The notes under the pieces are model-generated. The model made no database searches and had not been told where the DNA came from. It saw only the letters and a list, made by a program, of their open reading frames with translations. 64,000 nt of DNA from the human T2T-CHM13v2.0 reference genome, Homo sapiens. Shown here piece by piece: positions 1 to 14,208 of this stretch (positions are counted from its first letter, which is position 1; each line of letters begins with the position of its first letter). The stretch lies in the NCBI RefSeq assembly GCF_009914755.1, contig NC_060936.1, one strand, 5' to 3'. The translations under genes and the position numbers were made by a program.

Positions 1-178
1 TTCTAAAAATGTGCTCCCGGGCGCTCCCACCCTGCCTGGGCTGCGTGAAAATAAATGAGATAATACTCAGCACCTGCCTTTTTATTCAACAACATTTATT
101 GAGCACCTACGAGACATGGGTCACTGTGCTGGGGATATAATTTTTACAGGAACAATATTCTTGTAAAAACAGTCAGTT

Positions 179-490
<312 letters not shown>

Positions 491-1193
491 AAGTCAGTCA
501 CTCATGCCCCTGTGGTGGAGACAGACAAATGTAAAACCCCCACAAAAATAAATATTAATCCCTTGTGTTATGTGCTCAGCAAATAGAAGTAGCTATTATT
601 GTTGTTGTTCACGCATTTATTCCACAGAAGAACTCACTGAGCACCTACTATGTGCCAGGTACCCTTCTAGGCATTGGGGATATAGCAGTGACCAATGCAG
701 ACATGGCTGTCCACTTTAATAATTAACCGTGACAATAAATAGCAATAATTAGCCATGACAACATATAACAATAATAATTATTATATTACTATTCTCAGGC
801 AATGCAGGTTCTCCCCAACACATTGGATGCCCTGGTTTTCTCACTGGTAGAATTACATACCTGTCTGCTGCCATCTGGCCCTCTGGGAGCTCCAAGCTAG
901 AGCATGGGATTCCAGAATGTTCTTAGGTCTGATCCTCAGTGAAGCTCATGGGCTCTTTTTGGTCTGACTTGCGGGCACTCTGGCAGGCGCTCATCCCCCT
1001 GGCATAGACCCAGACCCCACGTGGGTTGGGAGAAGCTGAGCCTGTGACTCAGCCAGCCTGGCTTGTCAAGCAGAGATGAGAAGGGAGCAAGCAGCTGGCT
1101 GGGCTGTTAGCCATGGGGCCCTCCCAAGCCAGGCATAGGGCAGGTGCCTGGGGGACAGAGTGGGGCTTTGAGATGACAAGGGAAGGGCTCTAA

Positions 1194-1546
<353 letters not shown>

Positions 1547-1976
1547 TAAGAATCACAGAGTATGCTGCCTTGTGAGCGAATGAGCTTCTCATCAATTAAA
1601 TAACCCCAGCAGGATGCTATAAAGGGGACTCCAGAATTGCCTGTTCATCTGTCAGATGTATCCACAAGACTGAGCTCTACCTTCTGGGTCTTGTTTACAC
1701 CATCATACCTCCAGTGTGTGGCACAGAGCACATCACATAGCAGTCGGCAAATATTTCTTATATTCATATATGCACAGATCAGAATGTTCTTTCTGGCTTT
1801 GACCACATGAGACTTTGACAACAAGTAGCCCTGCCATTTTATTCATTTGTCTCTTCATTCAACAAATATATCCTGAGCACCTACTATGTGCTGTCTCCTA
1901 GGCACTGGGGATATAGTAGTGATCAAGACTGATAAAAATTTCTGCCTTCGTGAAGTCTACCGTCTCACGATTGGAA

Positions 1977-2545
1977 TTTCATTTTTATTTTTTAGAGACG
2001 GGGTATTAGTCTGTTCTCACACTGCTCATAAAGACATACCCGAGACTGGGTAATTTAGAAAGGAAAGAGGTTTAATGGACTCACAGTTCCACGTGGCTGG
2101 GGAAGCCTCAAAATCATGGTGGAAAGTGAAGGAGGAGCAAAGTCACGTCTGACATGGCGGCAGGCAAGAGAGAGCTTGTGTAGGGGAACTACCATTTATA
2201 AAACCAACAGATCTCATGAGACTTATTCACTATCATGAAAACAGCATGGGAAAGACTCACCCCCATGAATCAATGACCCCCACATCGGGTCCCTCCCACA
2301 ACATGTGGGAGTTATGGGAGCTACAATTCAAGATGATATTTGGGTGGGGACACGGCCAACCCATATCAGACAGGGTCTTGCTTTGTCACCTAGGCCGGAG
2401 CGCAGTAGTGTGGTCATGCCTCACTGCAGCCTCAAACTCCTGGGTGATCCTCCCACTTCAGCCTCCTGAGTAGCTGGGACTATAGGCATGTGCCACCGCG
2501 CCTGGCTAATTTTTTCATCTTTTTCAGAGATGGGGTCTCACTCAC
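1977..2545 (-). mobile_element. Old Alu (AluJ-like, partial) interrupted by a THE1 LTR
   Basis: The tail ttttagagacgg precedes the LTR and Alu sequence resumes as gacagggtcttgctttgtcacc after it. Confidence 0.85.
2002..2368 (-). mobile_element. THE1-family (ERVL-MaLR) solo LTR
   Basis: Termini gtattagtc...aacccatatca; 5-bp TSD gacgg/gacag. Confidence 0.9.
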
Positions 2546-2613
2546 GACTGGACTTTTAACTAGGTAATTTCCACAGGTGTTAATCCTATTAATCACAATG
2601 ATAGCCATTGCCT

Positions 2614-2825
2614 TAGGTTTCTGAACCTTGGCCCTGTTAACATTTGGCTGGATGACTGTGGCAAGGAGCTGTCCTGTGCATTGTACGATTTTAACAGCGT
2701 CCCTGGCCTCTACCCACTAGATGCCAGTAATAACCTCCCTTCCGCCTCCACTTATGACATCCCAAAATGTCTTTAGACAGTGCCAGTGACCCTGAAGGAG
2801 TAATAACATTGTCCCTGGTTGGAAA
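2614..2825 (-). mobile_element. MER20 (hAT-Charlie MITE)
   Basis: ccctggcctctacccactagatgccagta...aaaatgtctttagacagtgcca matches the recalled MER20 consensus. Confidence 0.8.
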
Positions 2826-4629
2826 TCATAGTCATCTATTAAGCACCAACTATGCAACAGACACTTTGCATTCATTAATTTACTTAACCTCTAAAATAAC
2901 TCCAGGAGGCAGGGATAATTACTATTTCCATTTTACAGAGGAGGAAACAGGAAAGACCAGTCACTTGCTTATGGTTCCCAATCGGTGCACCTAGCCCTCT
3001 GATGCGCGGCTTCCAGCACCTCCCATGCTGAGCCCATGCGCAGCTGCATAGACCAAGCCTAGAGCAGCGAGTCTCTTTCCTGGACTTTTGCAGATTTCTC
3101 TTCTGGTTCTACTCTGTGGCCTCTTGCAGAGCACAGGGATTGGGACCTTCAGAGAAGCAGCGACCACCAGAAAAATACTGCAAGCTGCAGATATAATTGT
3201 AAGTTTTCTAGTAGCTGCATTCAAAGGTAAAAAGAAACAGGCAGCATTAATTACAGTAATTAATACACTTTAATCCAGTATCATTGAGAACTATCATGTC
3301 AGTGTGTAATTAATTAAAATTTATTAATGAGACAGTTTAGTCTTTTTTGGCACCTCATTGAAATCTGGTGTGTGTTTTGCACTTGCAACTCAATTCAGAT
3401 CAGCCACATCTCAAGGGTTCAGTGGCCACGTGTGGTCAGTGGCTCCCGTTTGGGGAATGCCGATCTGGAAAGTTTTGCTGACTGAGGGAATGAAGACAGG
3501 AGGCAGGATATTCTCAGCAAAATGGGCAAGGTGTCCCTGAGCCCACAGATCCTAAGGGTTGCCACACTCTACTCTCACTTTCCATTACTTGTCTGTCTCT
3601 AATGCTCGGCTGGGCTCCTCTGTGTTTATCTGTCTTTCTGTCCCTGGAGCTGAGCTCCACTGTGGGCCTTTGTAGGAGAGGCAGTTTGGAATCAGAGTGG
3701 CTGGAATCAGAGGCCAGGGTGCCATCCTGGCTTTACCATACAGGAGCCTGAGCCAGAGCCTCAGTTTCCTCATCTGTGAATTGGGGATGAATTGCTATTC
3801 CCTAGAACTTCCTGCCGTAATGGACACATGGACACCAAGGTGGTAGCCACTAGCCACGCGTGGCTATTAAACACTTGAAATATGGCTGGTGTGACAGAGG
3901 AACTGGTTTTCAAATTTTATTTAATTGTAATTAATTTAAGTGGAAGTAGCTGCCTGTGGTTCGTGGCAGTTGCATTGGACAGCACAGCTTCAGAGAGTTA
4001 CTGGAGGATTAAGTATAAAGCCCCGTAGCACAGAGCAGGCGTTCAGCACCTGGTGCCTTATCCCCCTGGTGGGTGGGTCCTCAATGATTGTTTGTGGAGG
4101 TCCCCTTGAGGGTTCAGCTGACTGCTGATGGTGACTGAGAGGAAATTGCCCAAGGCTGGGGACACCATCTGAGGGGATTAGAGGAAACAGCCTCTCACAC
4201 AGTCCTGGGAAGAGTGCCTGTTGCTACGAGCCAGACTGGAAAGCCTCATAATTCACAGAGCATCGGTCAGATTCTTCAGAAGGGTCTTGCCTGAGTAGTG
4301 GGAAATAATTAGCCCTAAATGAAATGCAGCCCTGAGTCTGTCTAACACTCTTAAAAGCAATGATTTAGGAGCACAGTTTGGCGTTCAGACCCCAGTTCAA
4401 ATCCCAGCTCTGCCTGCTGTATTACCTGCTGTGTGACTTACAGCAAATCAGTCCTCTCTAAGCCTCAGTTTCTTCACCTCTCAAATGGGCATGCATAACA
4501 ACAGTGCTTACCTCATGGGGCCTTTGAGGGGACTCAATGAGCCCTCAGCAACTTTCAATAAATGGTAACAATTATTGCTGTTTGATTGCAATGGAATGCA
4601 ATGGAATTTATGTTTAAAACATGCTTGGT

Positions 4630-4930
4630 GGATGGGCTCGTGGCTCGCGCCTGTAATTCCAGCACTTTGAGAGGTCAGGTTGGGTGGATCACTTGAGGTC
4701 AGTAGTTCAAGACCAGCCTGGCCAATATGGTGAAACCCTGTCTCTACTAAAAGTACAAAAATTAGCTGGGCATGGTGGCATGTGCTTGTAATCCCAGCTA
4801 CTCAGGACACTGAAGCAGAAGAATCGCTTGAACCCAGGAGGTGGGTGTTGCAGTGAGCCAAGATTGCACCACTGCATTCCAGCCTGGGCAGCAGAGTGAG
4901 ACTTCGTCTCAAAAAAAAAAAAAAAAAAAA
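4630..4930 (+). mobile_element. Alu (AluS-like)
   Basis: Full dimer with an A20 tail. Confidence 0.95.
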
Positions 4931-5708
4931 GTGATCCTATGACAATTACAGGAGCGGTTGTTAGAATGTTAGAAGCAAAAGCCTGCAGAGGTGGGGGAAG
5001 GGCACACATACATGGCAACCTCTAAGAGTCCCAAGTCAGTGAGACCAAGAGCGGCAGTTCAAACCCCTGGTATCCAAGTCCAGAATCCAGGGACTCTAAA
5101 AAAACATTTTAAAGTTGATACATAGTATTTGCACATATTTATGGTGTAGGTGCGATATTTTGTTACATGCGTAGAATGTGTAATGATCAAAGTGGCCCCC
5201 AAACACTTGTCTATGAACTGTGGTCTCCACCTCACTGGCATTTGGAGAAATGAGAAAATATAAGAGCATTTACATTTTTATTCTTCAAATTAAGGCCCTA
5301 CTAATCTTGGGGTAATAGATTGCCTTTCTTTTATAAAACAATGTTGATACTACGTTGGAAAGATCTTGTTTTTGTTTTGCTTTGGTTTTTTTAATGTCTT
5401 TACTTGGCAAAATAAAAAGCTGAGACAATATATCAGTATCTCTGAAGTTTCTTTTTTTTTTTTTTTTTCCTTTCATCTAATGGTCCAGGAAACATGGACT
5501 ATTAGGCTGCCTGGTTTGTAAAAGTTCTCAGAATATACTTTGAATTTTTCCCATGTCTGAGTGTAGTGTTTCTCAAAGCATTCCATGGAGCATGAATCCA
5601 CCAAGATATAGTGAAAAAAGGGTTCTGAAGCCAAGTAAGTTGAGAAACCTACCTACTCTAGCCTCTCCTAAGGGAGTTATAATGTTCATGGGCATATTAA
5701 AAACTGAC

Positions 5709-6360
5709 AGGCTGGGCACAGTGGCTCACGCATGTAATCCCAGCATTTTGGGAGGCTGAGGTGGAAGGATTACTTGAGGCCAGGAGTTGGAGACCAGCCT
5801 GGCCAACATGGTGAAACCCCATCTCTACTAAAAATACAAAAATTAGCAGGGTGTGGTGGGTGGCACATGTCTGTAATCTAGCTTCTTGGGAGGCTGAGGC
5901 AGGATAGTCTCTTGAACCCGGGAGGCGAAGGTTGTGGTGAGCTGAGATCACACCACTGCACTCCTGCTTGGTCAACAGAGCAAGACTGATATGATTTGGC
6001 TGTGTCCCCACCCAAATCTCAACTTGAATTGTTATCTCCCAGAATTCCCACGTGTTGTGGGAGGGACCAGAGGAGGTAGTTGAATCATGGGGGCCAGCCT
6101 TTCCTGTGCTGTTCTCATGATAGTGAATAAGTCTCACAAGATCTGATGAGTTTATCAGGGCTTTCTGCTTTGCTTCTCTCATTTTTCTCTTGCCACCACC
6201 ATGTAAGAAGTGCCTTTTGCCTCCTGCCATGATTCTGTGGCCTCCCCAGCCATGGGGAACTGTTAGTCCAATTAAACCTCTTTTTGTTCGCAGTTTTAGG
6301 TATGTCTTTATCAGCAGCATGAAAATGAACTAATATGAAGACTCTGTCTCAAAAAAAGAA
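5709..6360 (+). mobile_element. Alu interrupted near its 3' end by a THE1 LTR
   Basis: Alu body to cagagcaagac, then the LTR, then aagactctgtctcaaaaaaa. Confidence 0.9.
5987..6337 (+). mobile_element. THE1A-like solo LTR
   Basis: tgatatgatttggctgtgtcccc...aactaatatg; perfect TSD aagac at 5982-5986 and 6338-6342. Confidence 0.92.
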
Positions 6361-6418
6361 GAGTGACAAGTCCTGCTGCAAAGAGCCAACTTAACTTAGT
6401 TTCACTTAGTGCCCTTTT

Positions 6419-6752
<334 letters not shown>

Positions 6753-8485
6753 TAACCTCCCATGAACACATTTCAGGAAAACTCCAAGTCCTGGATGAAG
6801 CCACTGATCTTGGAGCTTAAGGATGTGTGTTTCCTTGTTTGGCTTGTTAGCTGCTGAGATGACATTTTCCATGTTCATAAACCCCCAGGGGAGCTCCAGG
6901 AGTTATAAATGGTGCAGGAAAAACAATGACCCAATTGTCAAACACTACTGTAATTTGGAGCCCTGGGAAGGGCAGGGACTTACATTTAGAGCTGGACCTG
7001 GACACTCCCAGCTGCCTGCCTGCAGCCATGGAACAAGCAACTCACCCCAGGGGCAACCATTGCAGACTGCTTAGACAAACAGTTACTGTTGGGCATGTTT
7101 TGGAAACTAATGTTAATGTCAGGTCAGGTGAGGCCTGCAGGGACCCAGCCCCAACCAGAGGGCAGTGGTGGCCAGAGGTAGTGGGGAGGGATTGGCGTGT
7201 GAGAGTGTGTGGGGTGAGCAGTAGGAATTTACATGTCCTAAAGTTGAGCAAGTGTGGATGTGGGTGTGCATGTGGACGATAGAGTATCTCTGTGCACACG
7301 TGTGTGTGTGCATGTGTGAGCACATGGGTCAGCTCCCGGAAGGTAAGGCGGGGACTTGAGGGTGGGGCCACCTCTGGAACCTGTAGGCCTATGAGAAGAG
7401 GGTCCCAGCCAGGAGTGAGAGTCCCCGCTTTGGCCAACTCCACCCTTACCTGGAGCTCCAGCCACCTGCACAGGCCATACCTGCCTCACCCTGGACATGA
7501 CCCTACCTGAACTCCCTGGAGCCTCCTGGAAGATGTATGAAATGCTCAAGGGGGACATGGACCTTTCCCCAGAGCTCATTTCAGGATGGGGGAAGAACTG
7601 CTTGCACCGTGCATGTGGGGTTTGCACGGCTGACCACATCAACTGACTGGCCACCTCTGGACCACCACTGCCTATGAGCCTAAGCCCCAAATTTTAGCCT
7701 GGCATTCGAGGCCCTCAACAAACGTCCCCCATCCAAGTCCCAATGCTGCTTCCCAGAATGCCCTGAACTAAAACATGCACTGAAGTCTTACTCTGTGCTA
7801 AACACTGAAAGTTTTTTACATTAAGTCAATGAGGATTCACAATTTTTTGAAATAGGCACTTTCATGATTTCCATTTTACAGATGAGCGGGCCAAGGCTCC
7901 AAGAGGTGAAATGACTTACCCAAGGTCACACAGCGGCTAAGTGGTGTTTTGGCCACGACACAAACTCATATCGGGGATTTCCTGACTATGCATACAAGAT
8001 GCTCCTGCTCAGAGGTGGCGGCAGACTCCCTGAGGTTAGTGTCTTTGGTTTGCTTTTCGGAAAATGTGACCGTGCAATTGACGGGAGACCCAGGTTCAAA
8101 TCCCAGCTCTGGCCCTTTCTAGCTGTGTGGCTTTGAGCACATAGCACATGTCTCTGAGCCTTGGCTTCTGCAACTACAGAATGGGGATGACTGTTTTCAA
8201 CTCCAAGGGTCTTGACTAAGCTGGGCAATGTCTGAATGAATGATCATTAAATGTGTGAGCTGGTAGCATCCCTGGCCCTGTGCCCACTGCATAGAAGGTG
8301 TTTAGGAATGCTGGCTTAGATTTCAGTCTGTCCCTTAGCAATTTACATCACTTCTCTTGCTGCGTCTGTAAAGTGAAAGCAGATGACTTGCTCTCCAACC
8401 AAGGTCTTTCAGTTCTTCCGTGAACACTGTCCAATTGCTCCCCACTGTAACCCAAGCCCATGTGCCCCACCATGTCCTGTACTTG

Positions 8486-8680
8486 CAGGATTTCTCAACC
8501 CCAGCACCACTGGCATTTTGGGCTGGATAATTCTTGTTGTGGAGGGCTGTCCTATGCATTAGAGGATTTGAACAGCATCCTGGGCCTCTAGCCATTAGAT
8601 GCCGTTAGCATCCCTCAGTTGGACATTGCCAAGTTCCCCGGGGGAGGTGGGGGGGGCAACATCGTCCCTGGTTGAGAAGC
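8486..8680 (-). mobile_element. MER20
   Basis: caggatttctcaacc...ggctggataattcttgttgtgg...ccctggttgagaa. Confidence 0.8.
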
Positions 8681-8748
8681 ATTGATTCATTGCAATGGCT
8701 TTTCGTTGCCTCTTGTCTTCCCTGGAAGTCATCAAGAATTGCAATTCA

Positions 8749-9088
<340 letters not shown>

Positions 9089-10224
9089 TCAAATGGTCTG
9101 GGTATGAATCTTGGCTCCACACTTCCCACTGTGTGATGCTGAGCAAGTCACTTAACCTCTCTGAGCCTCAGGAGCTTCATCTGCATAACAAGAACAATAT
9201 AGCATTTGCTGCATGGGACCATGGTAAGGGTTAAGTGAGATGACAAATGTAATGTGCTTAGCACTGTTCCTGGGAACTGAATGATGGGAGATGGGAGATG
9301 TGGGTGGGCTCTGGAGAGTCTCATTCTGGGCAAAGGTGAAGAGGAGTCCAGGACTAGAGGGGTTTCAGAGGCCTTGTCCCTGCTACCCAGGCAGCTGGGC
9401 AGGCACCTCATCTGTGCCTGTGTTTCTGGTTACCAGGCACTTGCCCTGAAGCCTGTGCACAGAGGTTAATGAGCTGTTTAGTTCCGATTACTCGCAAGGT
9501 TTCCCTCACTCAGCTCAGCACCTGCTGTGCCTGATTGATGGCGACCCCAAGGCCACAGAAGACCACAAGCCAGAACCAGGATAATCAATTAGTTCCAGGC
9601 CCCAGAAAAGACTCTTCCCCTTCTCTTATGCCTGCAAAAGGAGAGAGGAGGATGGAAGGTTCTGGTATTGTTTCACACCGCCTCCCCACGTCAACACTCT
9701 CCCAGAGATTAATGTCAGATCTGGGCTTGAACTAGCTAATGTGTATTGATTGTTTATGCCAGGAATTGTGCTACATGTTTTACCTGCTTTTAATCCTGAC
9801 CATAACTCTCTGAAATGAATGTAGTTATTATCCCAATTCTACAGTAAAAAAAAACTGAGGTTCTGACAGTTGATGTCATTGCCCAGTTGGGTCACCCAGC
9901 TGGTCTGAGTGAGATAGCCCAGGACAGACATGCAGATACTGTAGGAGACTTTCACTTTTTGCAACCTCAGTTTCCCCTTGTGTAAAATGGGCCAACTCAT
10001 ACACCCACCCCATCTGAACGTGGTAAGTGGGAAGAAATCATGCTTGTGAAGGTGTGTCGAAAAGTTTACAGTGCTAGATACCAATTGCTGTTCTCTGAGA
10101 GAGAGATTGAGGGTGAGACAGATCTGGGTTAACTCAGCAGAGATTTGCATTCTAGGGTGCAGACGGTCACTCACCGTGGAGTTTGCCCTTAGGCACTAAT
10201 GTTAGAAATGAACCACAGTCATAC

Positions 10225-10561
<337 letters not shown>

Positions 10562-10826
10562 TAGCAACTCATGTATTTAAGAACACTTACTGGGTGCTGG
10601 TCACTGCTCCAAGTACTGATGTTAATTCATCTAAGCCTCATAACGCTGGGAGGTAGGTACTACAGGTACAATAATTATGCCCATTTACAGATGAGACAGT
10701 GGAAGCTCAGAGCAGCTAAGTGACCTGGCCAGGGCAATATAGCTTGCATATGGCAGTGCTATTTAATAGAATTAGACTCCAGCCTGTCAGTCTGCTCCCT
10801 TCCAGCGCATGCTGAGAAGAACTTAC

Positions 10827-11019
10827 CAGGACAGATGAGGCCAGTTCTTCCATCTCTCAGCAGCAGCTCCTCAAGGGAGGGGCCTGGGAGTTCCAGTCAG
10901 ATTTGCCGGATAGCCTGTTTCTCCATCTTCAGTTATTCTGCTGTCGAATGAGTTGAATAGTCCCAGCCTCACTGGTTTTCCAGGTCAGGTGAGATCTTGT
11001 TTCATAAAAGCACTTTATA
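10827..11019 (-). promoter_or_regulatory. Candidate TATA box (11019-11013) plus non-coding first exon (about 10990-10827), possibly a distal NOS1 alternative exon 1
   Basis: TATAAAG, a CA dinucleotide 29 nt downstream, and a consensus donor CTG|GTAAGT, all in unique sequence. The assignment to NOS1 is inference. Confidence 0.4.
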
Positions 11020-11344
11020 AAGTGGCTTTTAAAAATCCAAGGTACTTAGAAGCCCATCATGCTGTGTGTGGCCCCAAGAGGGCTATGAGCTTTGGGTTCT
11101 GAACTTGGGGTGGGCCAGTTACTTCATCCCTCTGCACCCAGCCTTCACATCTATAAAATGGAATTGTGTGGTTGTGGGGATTAATCTGGGCACAGATCAC
11201 ATGCTCAGTGTGGAGAGCTGTAGTTGTGTGCACATCCGTGTATATTTCTGCATTCACACGACGAATTCACGGACGAATTTCTGCATTTGTCCCTAGGGGA
11301 GAGAATGCATTTTTGCCGGGCTGGCTGGAAGAATACTTGGCCAG

Positions 11345-12095
11345 ACTGTGATAACTTGGATTACGGTGCAGGAAACATTCACTTCCTTCCCCCTCCCACT
11401 CTGGGTGGAGTTTACAATACTGTCCTATTGAAAGGCTCAGTTATTTGACTTGCTTGACCCAATGAAATGTTAGTGCATATGGTTTGAGATGATGTCATGA
11501 ATGTGTCTCTACAGGCTGGTTGGCTTTTTTTTTTTTTTTTTTTTTTTTTTTGAGACAGGGTCTTGCTCTGTCACCCAGGCTGAAGTGCAGTGGCACAATC
11601 ATGGCTCACTGAAGCCTCAACTTCCCAGGCTCAAGTGATCCTCCCACTTCTGCTTCCTGAGTAGCTGGGACTACAGGTGACTGCTGCCATACCTGGCTAA
11701 TTTTTTTTTTTTTTTTTGTAGAGATGAGGTTTCGCCATGTTGCCCAGGTTGGTCTCAAACTCCTGGGCTAAAGCAATCTGCCTGCCTCAGCCTCCCCAAG
11801 TGCTGGGATTACAGGCTTAAGCCATCATGCCCAGCCTTGTTTGGCTCATATGTTCTGATGATCTTTCATGGGAAGAGCATGCCCCAGGGAGTTTCTTCTT
11901 CAGCCTGGCCCCTGAAACAGGGAGACATGTGGAGCTGACTTGAACTTGACCTGAAGCCTAAAGAGGAGCCTCTTAGGTAAACCCAACCTAGAATCGCAGA
12001 CCCACGAGCACGAGGATAAATGTTAGCTGTTGTAAGCTATGGAGTTTGGGGGAGGCTTGTTACACAGCATTACCGTGGTGATAGCTGGCTGATAC
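11345..12095 (+). mobile_element. Ancient MLT1-type (MaLR) LTR containing an Alu
   Basis: The 3' end ataaatgttagctgttgtaagc...gttacacagcatt...gctgataca is typical of MLT1. Confidence 0.65.
11525..11836 (-). mobile_element. Alu (AluJ-like) nested in MLT1
   Basis: Long poly-T followed by a reverse Alu dimer. Confidence 0.95.
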
Positions 12096-12129
12096 AATGG
12101 CCAATGTCATAATTCAAGCTTCTTTCTGT

Positions 12130-12200
12130 ACAACAGACAACAATAGAATTCAGACCTGTCTTGGCAGTAGTGCAATGCAGTAATTCTCAAATTTTTTATT
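12130..12200 (-). terminator. Distal polyadenylation signal AATAAA (12200-12195) with downstream GU/U-rich element
   Basis: Plus strand tttatt at 12195-12200. The minus strand reads ttctattgttgtctgttg at about 12148-12131, and UGUA motifs lie upstream. Confidence 0.75.
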
Positions 12201-14127
12201 GGCATAAATAATTCAGACATTGGTTTCTCACTAAACATTGCACTAAACACAAGAAACAACAGGCTTGCCGGCTCAGAGGCACACAAACTGTCCAACAGCC
12301 CAAGTTAGAAATACTTTTTTTAGAAGTGTAGAAAACTTTATAAATGATTCTGTACAAATATACACAGTGGACCCTCCATCCATCTGGCCTTTCTTTCCTG
12401 GATGGCATCTGAATAGAGTGTTCCTTCTCAGCAACAAGACATTGGCAACAAGTGAGAAAGAGAGAGACAGAGACGGAGACAGACAGAGATAGAAACGGAA
12501 AGGAAAAGAAAGAAGTGGCCCCCCAAAAGAAAACATGAAACCACCTTCTTACATCAACTCACTCTGCAACAGTCGACACAAACAAACATGGAGAAAAGAA
12601 TATGGACCATCGGTCCGCGTTGGTCTGTACAAGAATTAGTCTTTATATATATAATATATATGTATAATATTTATAGGTCTATATACTTTGTGTATAGAAA
12701 AAGATAACAGCATAATTTACATATAGAGAAAGCCTTTTTACAATTGAGGAATTTTCCTAAGGTCAGTAACTTCAAGAGTAATCAATCAAATTAATCATGC
12801 GTTAAGTCTGTCGAGTGGATCCTGGTACAAGATCAAGTCTCAAAGAGAGCGAGAAATGAGAGGCTTGGGGTGGAAACGTTGACCACCTAAGTCTGGGATC
12901 TTCTCTGCCTGGTCCAGGTATGGTCAAGGGCACAGATGTAATGTGACTTGCCTTATCTGCCCCAGTCAACTTCTGCTTTGGGATAGGGAGGAAGAATGTT
13001 CTGTTTCTATGAGGGCCTTGGTGGGGTGGGGGCTGGTCTTGCCAGAGACTCTCTCACATCCTAAGAGACCTCTGCCTTGTAGACGGGGGGAGGGGGTGTC
13101 CTTATGACACTTGGGCATCCCTCCCCATGTTCACCAGGACACAAATATCTAAATAAATGGGTAACACCCACCACCTCGCTATTCTAGTCCCTTATTTTTC
13201 AGGAATGTCCCCCTAGAGGTGGGATTCTGGGGGAGGTTCATTTGGGTGATTGAGAAGAAAAGCCACATTGATGAAGCACCTACTGTGTGCCAGGTATTGC
13301 GTAACGTTATTGACATTCATTATTTCATTCACTCCCTCCAATAAACTCAAGGGTTAGTGATATATTAAGTGCTCGTGGGTTGCACAAAGCTAAGAAAATT
13401 CAAGGAATACTCTGGAGGGGCTGCTGATGCTGAGAAAGTGTTGATGAAATCATTATCCACAATAGACAGTGGCTCAAGAAATGCAAATTGAGTCAAGTTG
13501 AAGCAGATAAACAAGCCTCGCTAATTTGCAGTAGCCACATATACCCTGGGAGTCTGGCGGTCAGCAAAGATGCTTTGTTTTCTGTCTTTCAAACCCTGAC
13601 ATATTTATAGAGACAGCAAACACACCACTCCATCAACAGGACTGATACATTCTTTCCCACACTTCAGGCTGTATTGCAGGCTTGGCCTGTGGCCCACTAT
13701 GGCCCCTAGGTCTTCTTCAGTCATTTCTGTAACAAACCAGCATTTTGCCCATCATACCTGAAATGTTTAGTTAGAGACCCTCAGTGTAGGGTCTTTCCAT
13801 AAATACATTTCCACGTTCACACATGTCCTTGACCTCAACACTTCAGGGGCCTATTCATAGAGTGATATGAACTGTCCCAGAAAGAGGTTTTTTGCTGAAG
13901 AAGGTTTTTTGGTATGGCAAGACAGAACTGGGGGCCCCAGAGACATCAGAGACACAGGTCGCAAGAGTCGATAGAGGGAAAGTGAAGCAAAAGAGGAACA
14001 GGAATGAAAATGCATTAGAGAGAAGGGCTCATGGCCAACCCATCTATAGCCAAGATGCCCATGGACTTCAGGACCCAATGCAGGGCACTAAGAAATAGAG
14101 ACACATCCTTCACTGTGTGGAGGCAGG

Positions 14128-14152
14128 CAGAGACAGAGACAGACACAGAGAC

Positions 14153-14206
<54 letters not shown>
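14128..14206. repeat. Compound (GACA/GA)n microsatellite with about 25 pure AG units; (UC)n in the mRNA
   Basis: Seen directly. Confidence 0.97.

Positions 14207-14208
<2 letters not shown>

Noticed and set aside
5697-6320. 207-aa minus-strand ORF
   Set aside because: Entirely THE1 LTR plus Alu sequence.
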